The notes beneath the pieces were generated by a model. The model was given only the letters and a program-made list of their open reading frames with translations, ran no database searches and was not told the DNA's origin. Of a stretch of DNA of 64,000 nucleotides, positions 48,648-61,530 are shown in pieces. Position 1 is the first letter of the stretch, and every line of letters begins with the position of its first letter. Location of the stretch: assembly GCA_003971905.1 (NCBI GenBank), contig RSEE01000028.1, forward strand, positions 310,001 to 374,000. Reading direction: 5' to 3'. A program made the position numbers and the translations under genes. The DNA is from Moniliella sp. 'wahieum' (Eukaryota).

Positions 48648-51073
48648 GCAAGGCATACCCTCTTTGAAGCTCAATCTAAATGGCAATGACAGATGACTTC
48701 TTGATCCAAAGTCAGCCTGTACAAGTCTCCGGTTTGGAGCAGGTACACCTCTATTTTTACCCTGTGCGATCGTCGGATCATTCGTTCTGTCAAGGACTCC
48801 GTTACAACGAAAGAGGCTAATATCAGATCTCAGACCTCGCACAGCCTCTATTAACCCTCATTTGGGGTATGATTAAGTAGGCATTTGATCAACGCACAGG
48901 GTCAATGGTGCTGCCTATAGCTAAAAGGTGTAGTAAGTCAACATAGTAGAGAGGAAATGGCAATTTGAGAGCACCAGCGGTATCCTCTGCCACAGCCGAA
49001 GCCTCTGACTTGGAAGATATTCGGGGAAGAGATGTGGCTTAATTTTTGGATTTCGTTTTGCCTGGTAGGGTGTAGCGACGCAAGTTGCCACCACGCAAGC
49101 AAGGCATAACAATTTCTTATGATGCTGACAGCGGATACAGCAGAGAGATGGAGACGGGAGCCTCTGGAATATAGGCAGAAGCGGGATACAGGTGGTGGTG
49201 TGTGAAAGACAAATGCAGGCGCTGCTACAATAAGATAGAAACCCTCTTTAACCCTTGATAACCAGTAAAAGCTACTAGTATAAATGAAGCCCTATCCACA
49301 AGACTGCGTAGTGGCAACCCATTGGGACTACAGTTTCGGTTGTTAAATGGAATTGCCCTTCCAAATCCTTGGCGTCCGTCGGGCGTCAGTTCAACGACGT
49401 GCATGACATGTTTTGCCGTGTTGGCCGAGTTTTGCGAGCCGCACTGGATTTTCCCTTCTTTTACCCTGCCCTCGTCGACTGAGCCACATCTCAGCATTCC
49501 TCCAAACTTTTGGGTCCACAGTCCCAACCCTGCTCCCCATTCAGATGCCCCCGGCTGCAGGGTTAATGTTCCTGGTCCGACACCTACATCGCATCTCCCT
49601 CTCTTGTGGTCGAAATCTGCTACAACATCATCTCCTGTGGCACCTAACGATGCTCAGCACCCATCTATCACGGGCCCGTCTTATAGACGTGGTGGCCAAG
49701 AAATTATGGGCTGTTGAATTGGGCGTGCCGGCTCCTTGCACGGTTGTAGAGACCTTTTCCTTCCAAAAAAAACGCGCCCCAGACTCTTCCGGCAACCCTT
49801 TCCTTGTCGGCGGCAAATCTCTATATACTGCATCCATACTAGTATCATTGACAGAGCGTAAGGCTGGGACAAAGAAACGCTGCGCTAAACCGACCCGTTC
49901 ATCCTTCGTGTGCTGCTTGATAGCGCCAATCCACCCGGTTAAGGAACCGGGGAAATCGCCGAGATCAGGACCTCTGGTGCCCGCCATCATCCTTCCCATA
50001 CCCGAGGAAGCGCGCGTGGACACGGATGAACGTGGTAGACATCCGAGCGAGGAACCATTTCCATTGAGAGTCAGTAGTCAATCCTTCCAGTGTGCAAGCA
50101 TCTTGCTCGCTGCCTTGGTGATGTGGTATGCTCGCGTCGTCAAAACCAGGGGGGAAAACGGCTCTTGGGTGCGTCCCAGGTGCTTGGCGTTTTTGTTGCA
50201 TTCTGCTGTTCCAGCAGCCGAAGCAGCTCCTTCTCCCGGCGTTCCAAAGGTGTCGCGGTGCTCCCGTGCACACCACCCTCCCGCACGCACTCCGCGCCTC
50301 CAGCGATCCCGTGTCGCGCAGTGTGGGGCCACACTACTGCAAATCTGGTCTGTGGACTACGGATAGTTCTTCCAGGGGTTTTTGGAAACATGGGCGTGTC
50401 ACGTCATCCGCGTCGTCTCCAGGTCGCAAGCGTTCGTCAGCATTTCATTGAGTAGCGGTCGCTGCGAGAGGTATAGTTGGTGAATGAAAGATTATATTAC
50501 AGACTCGAATGCAGCGTGTAAGGGCCGTCACGCGTCAAGCTTCAACCTTCAAGCCAATAAGTGATTTACGTTGGAGCGTGTCATCTGCATCTGATAATCG
50601 AGATTCTCACACAGACGTATATGATAATCCTGTGTTGTCGCTCTGTTGTCTTTTCGTCGCATGCTGTTACTGGCAAAAGTCCATGGATCCCTTCCGCCCA
50701 TCGCTCGCATCATGCACTAGTGCATTAGCATGCATTAACGTTTAACGTTTAACCGCTTAACGTCCTAACCGTCCTGCGCTCAGCCTGCGGCCCGGGGGGG
50801 GCGCACCGCCTGTGTGTGCTGTCTGCGTCTGCCACATCACAACCCCCAGATTCCCGCCATGAAGCCGTCGACCCACCTGGAGCGACGCCACCCTCTCCCC
50901 CGCTGCTGGGCCCGCGACACAGACGGCATGCCCCTGCGTGCCGATCGAATATCATCGGCCGGCGCCCCTCACGCATGGCACGATGACAGACGACCCATGT
51001 GTGGTGCCGGGGTTGGGCGGCCAGGCACAAGCCCCAAGTCAACAAAGCTGTGCCGCGGTGGCGCCTGCCGTCT

Positions 51074-51135
51074 GGTGCTGGGTGCTGGGTGCTGGGTGCT
51101 GGGTGCTGGGTGCTGGGTGCTGGGTGCTGGGTGCT
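51074..51135 (+). repeat. (GGTGCTG)x~9 tandem repeat, G-quadruplex-compatible
   Basis: Eight GGG tracts separated by TGCT. Confidence 0.95.
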
Positions 51136-51625
51136 TGGCACCGGACGGCTGGGGCAGGCTGGGGGCCGGCTGGGGCCTGTCTGGACCAATGGCCCGATCT
51201 CAGATCGACTCAGACAGCAGAGCGGCAGCCGAGGAGAGTGTGGGATCGGCTGTAGCGGGTCTGGCAGCTGCCCAGGGTCGCACAGCGTCTCACGCATGTC
51301 ATCACGCATGTTGGTAATTGCCCGTCCTGCTCAGCTTTGGACAGCCCTGGTGCCGCCAGCGCTCTCTGTGAAGCGCTCTCTGTTGCGCTCAGTACACTCA
51401 GTGTTGTTGTGCACTTACCGGCGGGCGGCGGCACTCCGTCGGGAGCCGGTCCGGCATCATGCATGCGGCGCTAGCCAAGCGGGTGTTGGGCGCCGTAACC
51501 AGGCTTCCCCCCCCCCCCGCTCAGCATGTAGGCCCCATGGAGTAGCCCTATATTAACCCCTCTCTCCGCACCTGTTCTGCCGTCCCTGCCTCCCTCCGTT
51601 TCCCCTCTCCTCTCCCAGGCCCACC

Positions 51626-53364
51626 ATGAGCTTGCGCGCTGATGCCCCATTCAATGGCCTGGATGCCATCGCCTCGCCCCACCCCCGACCCACAGTCTCG
51701 GCTCTCGCTCCCACAGCCCTGAGCGCCATCCCACATCCTCTCGCCTGACCGAGCCAGCTGCTGTTGACCGTGCTTCTTCCCGCCACCACTGGCAGCAAAT
51801 CCAAGACGACCCCTACGCCCTTGCTCCTGTGGGAGAAAAGGCTGAGGGCCAACGCTCCCGCCTGGCTTTGCACAAGAAGCTGGCTCTCGTCTTGGCTGTA
51901 CTGGGTCTGACTGTGACCCTAGCTGTTGTCGGATTAGGGGCAAGCTTGGGAGTAGGGCTGTCGAAGAAACACCATTTTTCCTCCCTAACCCCAGTATCAA
52001 TCAGCAGCCCACGGCTTCAACGGCGGCAGCTTCAACCGGCCCCGCCGCCCCTACCAGCAGCCCGCCGCCTCCTCCTCCTCCTCCTGCCCTTGACAGCAGT
52101 GGCAATAACCCTCAAAACATTACTCCTCTTCCCTTCTGGGATTGGGCTGACAACAGCAAAAAGGCACTTGGCGTCTCATTGAACAACTGGCTCATCCTTG
52201 AACGCTGGTCGGATGAGGACTGGTTCACCAAGTACGCCGCCGCAGATGATTGGGACGAATGGCACTTTTCCCAAACGGTGGGTGCCAATACGTCGCAAGT
52301 ACTTGACGAGCATTTCGACCAATGGGTCTCCGAAGACGAGATTGAGACGTTGCGCCAGCACGGTGTCAACCAGGTTCGCATCCCCATTGGGTTTTGGCCC
52401 TTTATCCCCGTTGTCGACGACGAGCCCTACGTCAACTCAACCCAGCTTTCCCACCTCACTCGTGTGCTTGGATGGCTCTGGAAGCGCAGCATGTATGCTG
52501 TTATTGATCTTCACGGTTTGCCGGGGTCTCAAGTACGTCTCTATAACTCCCCCCCCCTCCTCCTCCCTTTCGCATTGCGCTGACCTTTGGATTTCGATGT
52601 TGTCTCTCCCTCTTTAGTCGGGTGACCAGTCGACCGGGCTCAACACGACCTCCCCTACCTGGTGGTCTGACGAAAATCAGCAGCGGTCCGACGCGACGCT
52701 GGCCGCCTTGATCGATTGGTTGTCGTACAACCCGTACAAGTCGATCGTCAGCGCCATTGCGCCGGTCAACGAGCCGAATGGGGTACTGTACTCCAACAAA
52801 GACAACCATCTCTCTGTGACCAAGGCGTTTTATGAGCGGTCGTATGCCACGCTGCAAAAGGCCGGGTACAGCATGTTTTTCCACCACGGCTTTGCCTCTC
52901 ACCCCGTCCAGTACTGGCAGTCGTTTGCGACGGGCAAGAACGCGTCGATGCTCGTGATCAACGACAATCCCTACCCGGGCTGGTTCCCGTCCGTGTCGGA
53001 CGAGTCGGTGATTAACCAACGTGTTTGCCAAGCTACCACTCGGTACGATCAATTCCCTGTGCCCATGGTCAAGACCGAGTTTAGTCTCGTCTCGGGCCCT
53101 ACCGATGCCGCGTGGAACGCGCAGTACTACGCTACCCAAGTAGCGGCCTACGCCGCCGGCGCCGGCTCCTTCTTCTGGGGATTCAAGATGATGAACTCGA
53201 CTACGCCAGTGCAGGCTGAGCCGCCGGAGCACCAGATGCAGTATTCGTTCCTGCAACAGATTGTCAATGGGGCTGTGCCCGCTCTGGGCACCTACAATTC
53301 CACCGTGGCCTACGTTGACGCGCTGCCCAACCCAGCTTGCGGGCCCCTGGATCCAACCTACTAG
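51626..53364 (+). CDS. GH5 exo-beta-1,3-glucanase-like glycoside hydrolase with a type II membrane anchor
   Basis: TM segment KKLALVLAVLGLTVTLAVVGLGASLGVGL; NNWLILERW; NQVRIPIGFW; IDLHGLPGSQ with intron 52533-52617; acid/base VNEP; nucleophile KTEFS; GSFFWGFK. Confidence 0.9.
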
Positions 53365-53634
53365 CCGACGACCCAACCTACCTGTCTCTTCCCCTTTATG
53401 CCTTAAAGCTTGACCTCGGCCCGGTCTGTCTGCGCCTTGTTCCGGGGTGTGGTTATGGATGTGCTAGTGCAACATGGGCATGTTTTGTCTACGGTTGCCC
53501 CTGGGGGGTTGTTGGGACCCTGGGAATCAAGGACTTTTCCTCATGCCATGCGAACGATTTTTGCCTATTCTCCGAAAGTAAACCCGACCAGAATCGCCAT
53601 AGAATCAGTCATGCAGAGGGAGCCACAGCTCAGG

Positions 53635-55070
53635 TTACAACGAAGGGTAGTTGGTCTCGAGGCAGTATGGGTCCATTGGCGCCCGGCGGTGAAATCTGCG
53701 ACGCGGTGCGGCGCGGTGCCCTCGCCCTTGAGAATGTACTTGTAGGTTACCAGGCCATCGAGTCCAACCGGTCCCCGCGCATGGGTACGTCCGGTAGAGA
53801 TGCCGACCTCGGTACCAAAGCCGTAGCGGAATCCATCGGCAAAGCGGGTGGACGCATTGACATAGACGTTGGCGCTGGACAGGGCTGCGGTGAACCGGCT
53901 GGCAGCCGGGTTGGGCGCGCCATCGACCAAGGGCGCACAGAGGATCAAGTCGGTGTGATGGGAGCTGTGGGCATTGACATGATCAATCGCCTCTTCCACC
54001 CCGTCGACCACTTTGACCGCCAAGTCGAGGTCGAGGAACTCGGTGTCGTAATCGTCGGCGGTGGAAGGGAGGAGCTTGGTGGGGTCCGTGATGCCTGCCT
54101 GCGCCAACGCAGCCAACGTGTCGGGATCGCAATGCAAGTGCACCTGGGCGGCGAGCAGGGCGCGCGCCACGTCGGGCCAGACACGCGCCAGTTGGCTGCG
54201 GTGCACCAGCAAGGTTTCCAGCGCATTGCACGCCGCCGGATAGTCCGTCTTGGAATCCACAATCGTCCCGACTGCCAAGGCACTCGGCGCATCAGCGTGC
54301 AAGTACCCCACACACAGCCCGTCCGCATGGCCCATGACGGCATGCGTGCTTGCCGCTGAATCGAGCGCACGAGCGCATTCGAACCCCGTGGAATGACCAG
54401 GTCAATGTACTCGTCCAACACCAGCAACGATGCAATGTCCTCCCTTGTCTCGACGGTCTGCACCAGGTCCTTCGGAAGGGGGTTGTGGCCAAGGCGTCGG
54501 ACAAGATGCGGGACATGACAGCAGCGGTCCGACGAGACTCTTTGCCGCCCTTGAGGATGGCCGCATTGCCACTCTTGATGGCAAGCGAGGCAATGTTGAC
54601 CACCACCTCGGGCCGCGCTTCAAAGATACAGAGAAGCACACCGATCGGGCAAGTGATCTTGTACAGCTCCACCGCACCTTTACCCGTAGTGGGATCGGCA
54701 TCGGCCAACTGACGCGCCAACGTGCACACATCCAATGGTGACGGCAGGTTGGCCACCTGCTCCACCCCTTCCAGCATGGCTTCCCACTTGCCCTTCTTGG
54801 CAAACAAGTCCAGTCGGGAAACCATCTGCTTCCCCAGCCCGGCCTTTTCGGCCTCCACCACATCCTCCTTGTTTGCCTGCTCAATCTCATCCTTGGCTTG
54901 GGCCAGGGCAGAGCGAATGGCCAGCAGGGCCGCTTTGCGCGCCGCGTCGGCGGCCGCGCCGGGACCACTGCCGACGCCCCGGACGGGGACGGAAGCGCAG
55001 AAAGCACACGAGAGGAATGCTCAAACGCGAGCTTGGCCCGGCGCGCAACGTCTTCTGCGTGGTTCGCCAT
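53635..55070 (-). CDS. PRO2: Gamma-glutamyl phosphate reductase (proline biosynthesis)
   Basis: CPIGVLLCIFEARPEV, IKSGNAAILKGGKES, IDLVIPRGSNALV, GHADGLC, DYPAACNALETLL, SHHTD, NASTRFADGFRYGFGTEVGISTGRTHARGPVGLDGL. Confidence 0.97.
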
Positions 55071-55177
55071 GGTCACGCAAGAGAACCGAGTCGATGGTGG
55101 TCCGAGTCAGAAGGCCGGACAAGAACGCCGAGGTGGCCCCCCCCCCAGTGGCCACACTTTCGGGCTCTTATGCTTTA

Positions 55178-55224
55178 AGGCTTGAAGCTTGGAATTTGAA
55201 AGCTTCAAGCTTCAAGCTTCAAGT
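55178..55224. repeat. (CTTGAAG)/(CTTCAAG) heptamer array just upstream of PRO2
   Basis: ggcttgaagcttggaatttgaaagcttcaagcttcaagcttcaag. Confidence 0.9.
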
Positions 55225-56008
55225 CAGTCCGCACCTATTTCAATTGGAAGTTCCAACTGCCCCCCTGCTCCCATGTCACAATCGCCCGGAATTTTGGTAC
55301 TGGGCGGAGGTACCTTCAATTCAAGGAGGGGAATACTCCGTTTTTCAAATTTGCCACACTTGGGTACGTTTTGCCTTTACCATTTAGCCAGCTTACTCGA
55401 TTGCTCTCCCGCTGTTCCAAGGCACATACGCCCTTGCTGATGGATGGAACTGAGAACTGACAAGATCCGATTCAAGCGGAGCGTACGAGGGCAGAGTGGT
55501 GCATCATACATAGGAAGTAGGTATAGCAACGTGGGGTGAAGCTTGAAAGAGAAACCAAAAAAAAAAAGGAACCAACACAAGCAACCAACCAAGCAACCAC
55601 ACAAGCAACCAAGGCAGCAAACCGAGGAAGTCAAGTAGGAAAAGGGGGAAGACAGAAGCGAAAACAAAAAAGCGAGCACGCGCTCGAACGAGGCCAGGCC
55701 CTCGGTCCCACCACTCTAGCCGCAGATAGAGGACATGCGACGAGGTGGGAGGAGGCAGCGCCGGCCATCGGGTTCGAACGCGTCCCAAACGAAGGGTATG
55801 GCACGAGACATGGATGGGCAACAGCAGGCAAAGATGAGAGGAGAGATGGGGTGGCGGAGGCCCTCAGTGAGAATGGTTGAGCATGCTGGAGGAGTGGATG
55901 GTTGAGCATGGTGTAAGTGGGGGAGTGTCAGTGTAAGTGTATGGTACGTGTAGGCGCAGTTGTAGGCGTAGTGTAGGTGCGGGACGGGGAGGACACGTGT
56001 GGGAGACT

Positions 56009-59000
56009 TTAGAGAGCAAAGTTGGTGGGGAAAATGACGCCATCGCGACGAACGAGAAGAAGACGGTGGGAGGCAGGCGGGGGCGCAGCGGGCGTGCCAG
56101 CCAGTGGGAGGCCCGGAGGAACTTTGCAGATCAGCTGGGACGAGAGAGTGACATGCACCGTCGGCGCGACGTGTGTGCCGACAAAGACGTGGAGGTGGGC
56201 GCCGAGGTTTTCGCCATGGAGGACAAGGTAGGGTGTGCCGTGCTCGTCTCGGATTTCTTTGAGCTGGTACACGCGCGGGAAATGGGAGATGGGGGCGACC
56301 AAGGAACTGCTGAGTGGAGCCAGGGGAATCTCTTCTTTGCCCTTGGGCGTGGACCCAGCGAGAGGGAGCGGGATGGTGCCGGAGTCGAATGGGAAAGGGG
56401 GAGGAAGGGCTCGCTGTGACCTTGGTCCCCGCCTCTTCCCCCGGCCCCACATCCCCGACCAGTTCGGGCGGGATGCTGAAATTGTACTCGACCGTCTCGG
56501 CACCAACAATGCACCCACATTGCTCTTCGCCACGTCCAGCGCCAGGAATGGATTCGGCCGTTCGCATCTCAGCTCCTTCCTCGGCGCCATTTCCCCCCAT
56601 ACTAGACCAAGAAGCGGTCAGGCCTGGCGGCGCATAGCCCCCACCCGTGCTCTCTCCATCGTCGGCCAATGAAAACGCGCCCGACGCCCCGCTCTCCGAC
56701 TCGCCGTCAACTGACTGTTCGCGCCTCCGCGCCCTCGACGCGCGACGATCCTTTTGGTTCTGTGCCGACCAAGCTGAACTGCCCCGCCGAGTGTTGCGGA
56801 TGGGACCAGTACCCGCCACCTGCTGCGTCTCGGCGTCCGACACGGTGCCCGCATCCGCATGGCGGCTGCGCATCACCGACTCGGACCGGCGCCGTACGTC
56901 GACGGGGGAGGAAGGGGCCATCATACCCCGACTGAACGGGGACGCTGCCCGTGCTGCACGCGGACCGCTGTCTCGCGTCGGGAGCGGTTGGCTAGTTGCG
57001 TCCGGTGCGCTTGGGTCGGCTGCGCTCCATCCTCCGCCATTGGACAACGACCCGGACCGTTTCACCCCGCCCGCCGGGAGACTGATCCCGAGGCCGAGGC
57101 GACCGAGCCAGAGCGGCCTTGTGAGGACGAACTGGCTGCAAGCTCCAGGCGATCGTCATCCAGCTTGTGCACGCCCACCATTTCGTTGAGACAGGCGAGG
57201 AAGCTACCGCTAGCATTGGCTGGACCTGAGGGGGGCTCACCGGCGGCGAAGCCAAAGGCGGATGGTACAGCTCGAGGGCGAGTTTGTGCAGCTGGAGCAC
57301 GGGTGAGTCCGATGGTTCTCGTCCCAAGCCCATCCGCATCGACTGTACCCGCTCCCCTCCAGCCCCATCCGTTTGCACCGAGGCAAAGCCGCCAAAGAGC
57401 GATGTCCCCTTTTCCACTCGTCGTAGGACCATGGTCGGGGTGACAAAGCCAGTCACCAGGCACTGCAGGACCACAGGCCGGTTGTAGAGCACGGCTTGGG
57501 GCTGTTCGTATGGGGAGAAGGACAGTGCGTTGAGAGGGGGAGCAGGCAGAGGGTAGTCCCTGCCCGGTACGATTGGTTGGGCGGCGGGACTTGTTGAGCG
57601 CCCTTGCTACCCGAGTGGAGCAGGCTGGAGGATTCGTCACCAGCTGGCTTGGTTGGGTCGACGAGGTAAGACAAACGGATCCCAGTAACTGTCGGCCGCG
57701 ACAAACGAGTTGCCCGGCAACTTGTTCAAATCGTCTGGTGCGATCCCATCGTCCGTTTTGAACCGGGCCTCGATCTCGGTGCGGGCACACAAAGGTGCTT
57801 GGTTGAGGAAGCTTGGGCACGCTGGCGATGGAAAGGGAGACGATTGAACCATGAGTGATGAGCACTGGAAGAGCAGGTAATGGTTAGTCCTTTGCACAGT
57901 CTTTCGCTTTCAACAAACAGATGGGTAGGGGGGTTCCTTACTTTCCGACCCACGAACCGACTGGCGCTTTTTGACGGTTTCGAGATGATCCGAACGGGAC
58001 GCGAGGGGAACGTGCCGAGAAGTTTGTGCTGGCCTGGATGCACATTGGACGGAGCAGTAAGAGAGAATCGGCCTGAACGTCACGCCGCAAGGCCGCTTCG
58101 GTGTCGCTGGTCCCCGGGCGGGCAGCCATTTGGCCCATTTCCGACACGGCCATCTGCTTAACGTCGATTTGGCCAGGATCATCTCTTTCCACCCTTCCTC
58201 TGCGCCTCCCTTCCAGGCTGATGCGGGCGGATGAATGTCGACCACTTGGCCCTCGGTGTTCCACCAGCGTACCGGCATCCGAAACTCCACCGTTCGCGCG
58301 ACATTTGGCACCCGACCATCAACTGGCGCGGCTGCGACGTGGACACAAAACTAGCCTCGCGCCCTGCTTGCGCAGGACTATCCCGCACGGCATTCGCCTC
58401 CGTTCCACCCGACAGCGAGGCACTGACCAAACCAGTCGAAGATAGCCCTGCCCCGGTCCCCTCGGTCTCCGGTGAGGTAAGCGGCGTGACCCAATTGCTG
58501 CCCATCATCAAAAGCATCGGAGGAGGGCACATAAACCGTTTCTCCACTGGGCCATACGATTTTTGGACCACCTTGGGCGTCAAGGCCCGGACCAGTCGCT
58601 CGCCATTTTGTGAGCCCGGCGGAGCAGCCAGGTAGTCCTGCACCAGGCGGGCGAGGTGGGCGAGGTCGAGAGAATGTGGTATCTCCTGCCCTGCATCCAA
58701 TACTGAAGTGGTAGGAAACGAGAGGGGTCCCGCGCCCATGTGTCTACCGAAGACAAAGCAAGCCCCGCGGCCATTGGCACTGTTTGGGCTGAAGGTGCGC
58801 CCACCGAGTCGACCTGGTGTTGGGCCAAGGGCGAGACGGGAATTCCCAGAGGAGCGGTACTGGAATGCAATTGGGGTAGAGTGGCTGCGTCGTCGGGATG
58901 CTCTGAGGGGCCAACGCGGGCGGGGGGAAGGCCATGGTGGTGAATGGGTTTTGCTCCCCTTGGCCAGCAAGGGTAGCTTGCGGGGACAGTGGTAGCACGC

Positions 59001-60025
59001 TGCGCAAGGGTCCAGTGAAAGCGATCCATCGATGCTGTGGGACTGAGGGAGGAATACGGGCGTGTCGGGCGTCATGAAGGGCGATTCGTGCAGGTTGGTC
59101 GCCACAGGGGGAGGGCCCTCAGCAGGAAAAAAGCTTGGGCCCTGGGCCCGCCTGGGGGCCCCATGTCACCCGCCAAGGACCGAGGCGAGTTGGCTGGAGG
59201 GGGAAGGGGGCGATCCATCCAGATCCGGGGAAACGTGGCCGTTGACTCCTAGACCGAACGGATTGGATCCCATAAGATGCACTTCATCCGCTGCCCGCAC
59301 GGAAGGCGACGCAGGCGCCGGGCTGGTCGAGAACAGTGGAAGAGAAACGAAGTCCCGAAGGGCGGTGGGGATCTCGGGTTTGGGGTGAGTAAGGTGACGT
59401 GACAGCCGGCGGAGGCGGGGTAACGCCCACAGCGGACGGGGTGCTCACTGTGAGCCCCGTCGGCCGGGACCCGTGGCCAACAAGGTCGGTCTGTCCACGA
59501 GGACGACGCCGCCGTTGGAGGAGCGATTCAACCTCCGACTCGCCAAAGAAATGGCCGAGGGCGGAAGCATGATGGTGGCCATCGACGGCTCGAACGCCAA
59601 TGGGAGCATATGCCGGAGGGACCAATGTCGACGAGAGCTCGGGGGGGTTGGTTGTGCGCGAAGTAAGGTTTGATGCTAGAGGCGCTACCGGCCACGGAGG
59701 GGAGCCAGCACTGTATATGGACGTTGCGTCACCCAGGGGGAGGGGAAGGACTCGGTGGTGGGAGACTGCACCTGGGCGAGGCTAGGTTGGAGAACAAAGG
59801 GGGCCCCGCGGAGGACAGCAAGTCGAGGTTGGTGGGGGTAAAGAAGTTGGCTTGGGTCGAAAGGGAAGATGGGGCGAGGTCAAAGAAGGAGGCAGAGGGG
59901 CCAAATGCGGGGGAGACGGGGAGCGATTCGTGCTGGGCGGAAAAGAGAGGCGACATGTCGAGATCCGAGCTCAAGAGCGCCTGGCTGGGGCGACGCCAGC
60001 GCTGGGACTGGGTCGGCCAGTGCAT
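56009..60025 (-). CDS. CSL (CBF1/Su(H)/LAG-1) family transcription factor, fungal class F2 (Cbf12-like)
   Basis: LAG1 domain GERLVRALTPKVVQKSYGPVEKRFMCPPP; FPSRPVRIISKPSK, intron 57941-57865; BTD SLFHRQRAQASSTKHLCV, VLYNRPVVLQCL, VLQLHKLALE, CIVGAETVEYNF; IPT LHGENL..LLLVRRDGVIFPT; long low-complexity N-terminus. Start approximate. Confidence 0.9.
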
Positions 60026-61264
60026 GGTCCCTGGCGGGAGCAAAGGAGGGACGAGGGCCAAGCTGGGATCCGACAGGAAGAAGGGCTCGGGCTCGTGGGA
60101 GAAGATGAGGGCTTCGGCGCGTGTGGACAGAGGGGGGGGCGAGGAGCTGGAAGAGACGCCGGGCGACGGCGACGAGGACGGCTGGGAGCTCTTCAAGCTG
60201 AAGCTGTGCGGAACGGGCCGGGGAGGGGGTCGGTGGGGGCGGCGGGGGGATGGCAGGCGCGCCTGGCTCGGCCTGGTCCAAGGCGCTGCGCGGGTGGAAG
60301 GGCATGTGGGGGGCGGTGGTGGTGTGGTGGTGGATGGGAGGGGGTGGAGGGCGGCGGGACAGCTGTGACGGGGTGCTTGCCAGCCGCCCGGCCGCCGTCG
60401 ACCGCAGCGGCCAACCGGCCGGGGCAGGCCGGAGCACAGCCGGAATCGGAGCATCACGCACGGCTGCCTCAGCGCTCGTCCATCCATCCGCCGCGCGGCA
60501 TCACGCATCCAAACCACAGCTGCAAGCTTCAACGTACATGCCCGCTCCAGCTCACGCCCAGGCCCACTCTGTTCGCGGGCATCATGCATTCAACAGGGGA
60601 GCATGTCGGCTGCAGCACAGGACCAGTGGCGGGCGAGCAGCCGTGCGTCCTGGCGGCTGCCACCAGTGGCTTTGACGGCATCCAGGAGGAAAGCAGGCAC
60701 CAGCGCTGCGGCCCAGATCGAAGATCTAAGATCCCCAGATCATCGATCAAAGAGCGCCAGCGCCTATCGGCAACCCCCGGCCCACTGCCGTCTGGGGCGC
60801 CGTCTGGGGTGCGGCAGGGTGCCTGCGGCACGCAGCCTGCGATCCAACGCCTGTTACTAGCTGCTGATTACACGGTACCCGCGACAGGCGACAAGCACTG
60901 CGATCAAGATCTAAGAACCCGCAACCCAATCGACCTCAGATGCGCTGCCACCGTCTCAGTACCTCAGTCCTTGGGACTTGTACTTAGTACGCAGCAGCAG
61001 CCACTGCCCCTGCCCGTTCTGCTGCCTGCCGCCCAGGCAGCAGCCCATCCTCCCGCCACCGGCCGCCCCAGGCCCCAGGCCACCCCCTCCCCCACCTTCC
61101 CCCACACCCTGCTCCCGCAGCCACGGTAGGTGGAACCTGTGGATGTGACGTGGAACATGTAGCACGTGATGCGTGATACTTGGAAGCGCACGGGCCCGAC
61201 CCAAGCGAGTGACCCTAGTGAGTGCATCCGCATCCCCTGTGTGCTGCGAGCCGCTGCTTGTACA

Positions 61265-61530
61265 CAGATGCATACATGATGCGTGACGCGTGACGCTGGC
61301 CTGGCGAGAGAGTGACTAGCGACTAATATCTGATGCTAGTGACTAGTGAGGCCCCACGCCTCAAGCTAGTCACTAGCTAGTCAGGTGGCCCGTGATGTGT
61401 GACGCGTGACGTGTGACTGGGTGACCTGTGACCCGTTGCGCGTAGGGCGGTAGAAATAACGCGTAAACGCGTCAGGCGTCTAATCGATCTAACCCATTAT
61501 GCATTACCCGTTACACGTTACGCGCTACCT
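61265..61530. repeat. Cluster of palindromic heptamers upstream of the CSL gene
   Basis: catgatgcgtgacgcgtgacg; ctagtgactagtga; gctagtcactagctagtca; gtgacgcgtgacgtgtgac; cgttacacgttacgcg. Confidence 0.8.

Noticed and set aside
51074..51135. Interstitial telomere
   Set aside because: The unit GGGTGCT does not match the TTAGGG-type repeat usual in basidiomycetes, and there is no other subtelomeric sign.
5291..60025. Frameshifts in almost every gene read as programmed frameshifting, RNA editing or mass pseudogenisation
   Set aside because: They affect essential genes (YTH1, NAN1) and core genes (LAT1, SIN3) alike, are mostly 1-nt indels without accompanying nonsense codons, and show no shared slippery motif. 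Uncorrected long-read error is the simplest explanation.
59852..61129. 425-aa plus-strand ORF, and other long antisense ORFs such as 7758-8624, 52501-53376 and 53337-54359
   Set aside because: These are GC-rich shadow frames opposite real genes or promoters, with no recognisable motifs.
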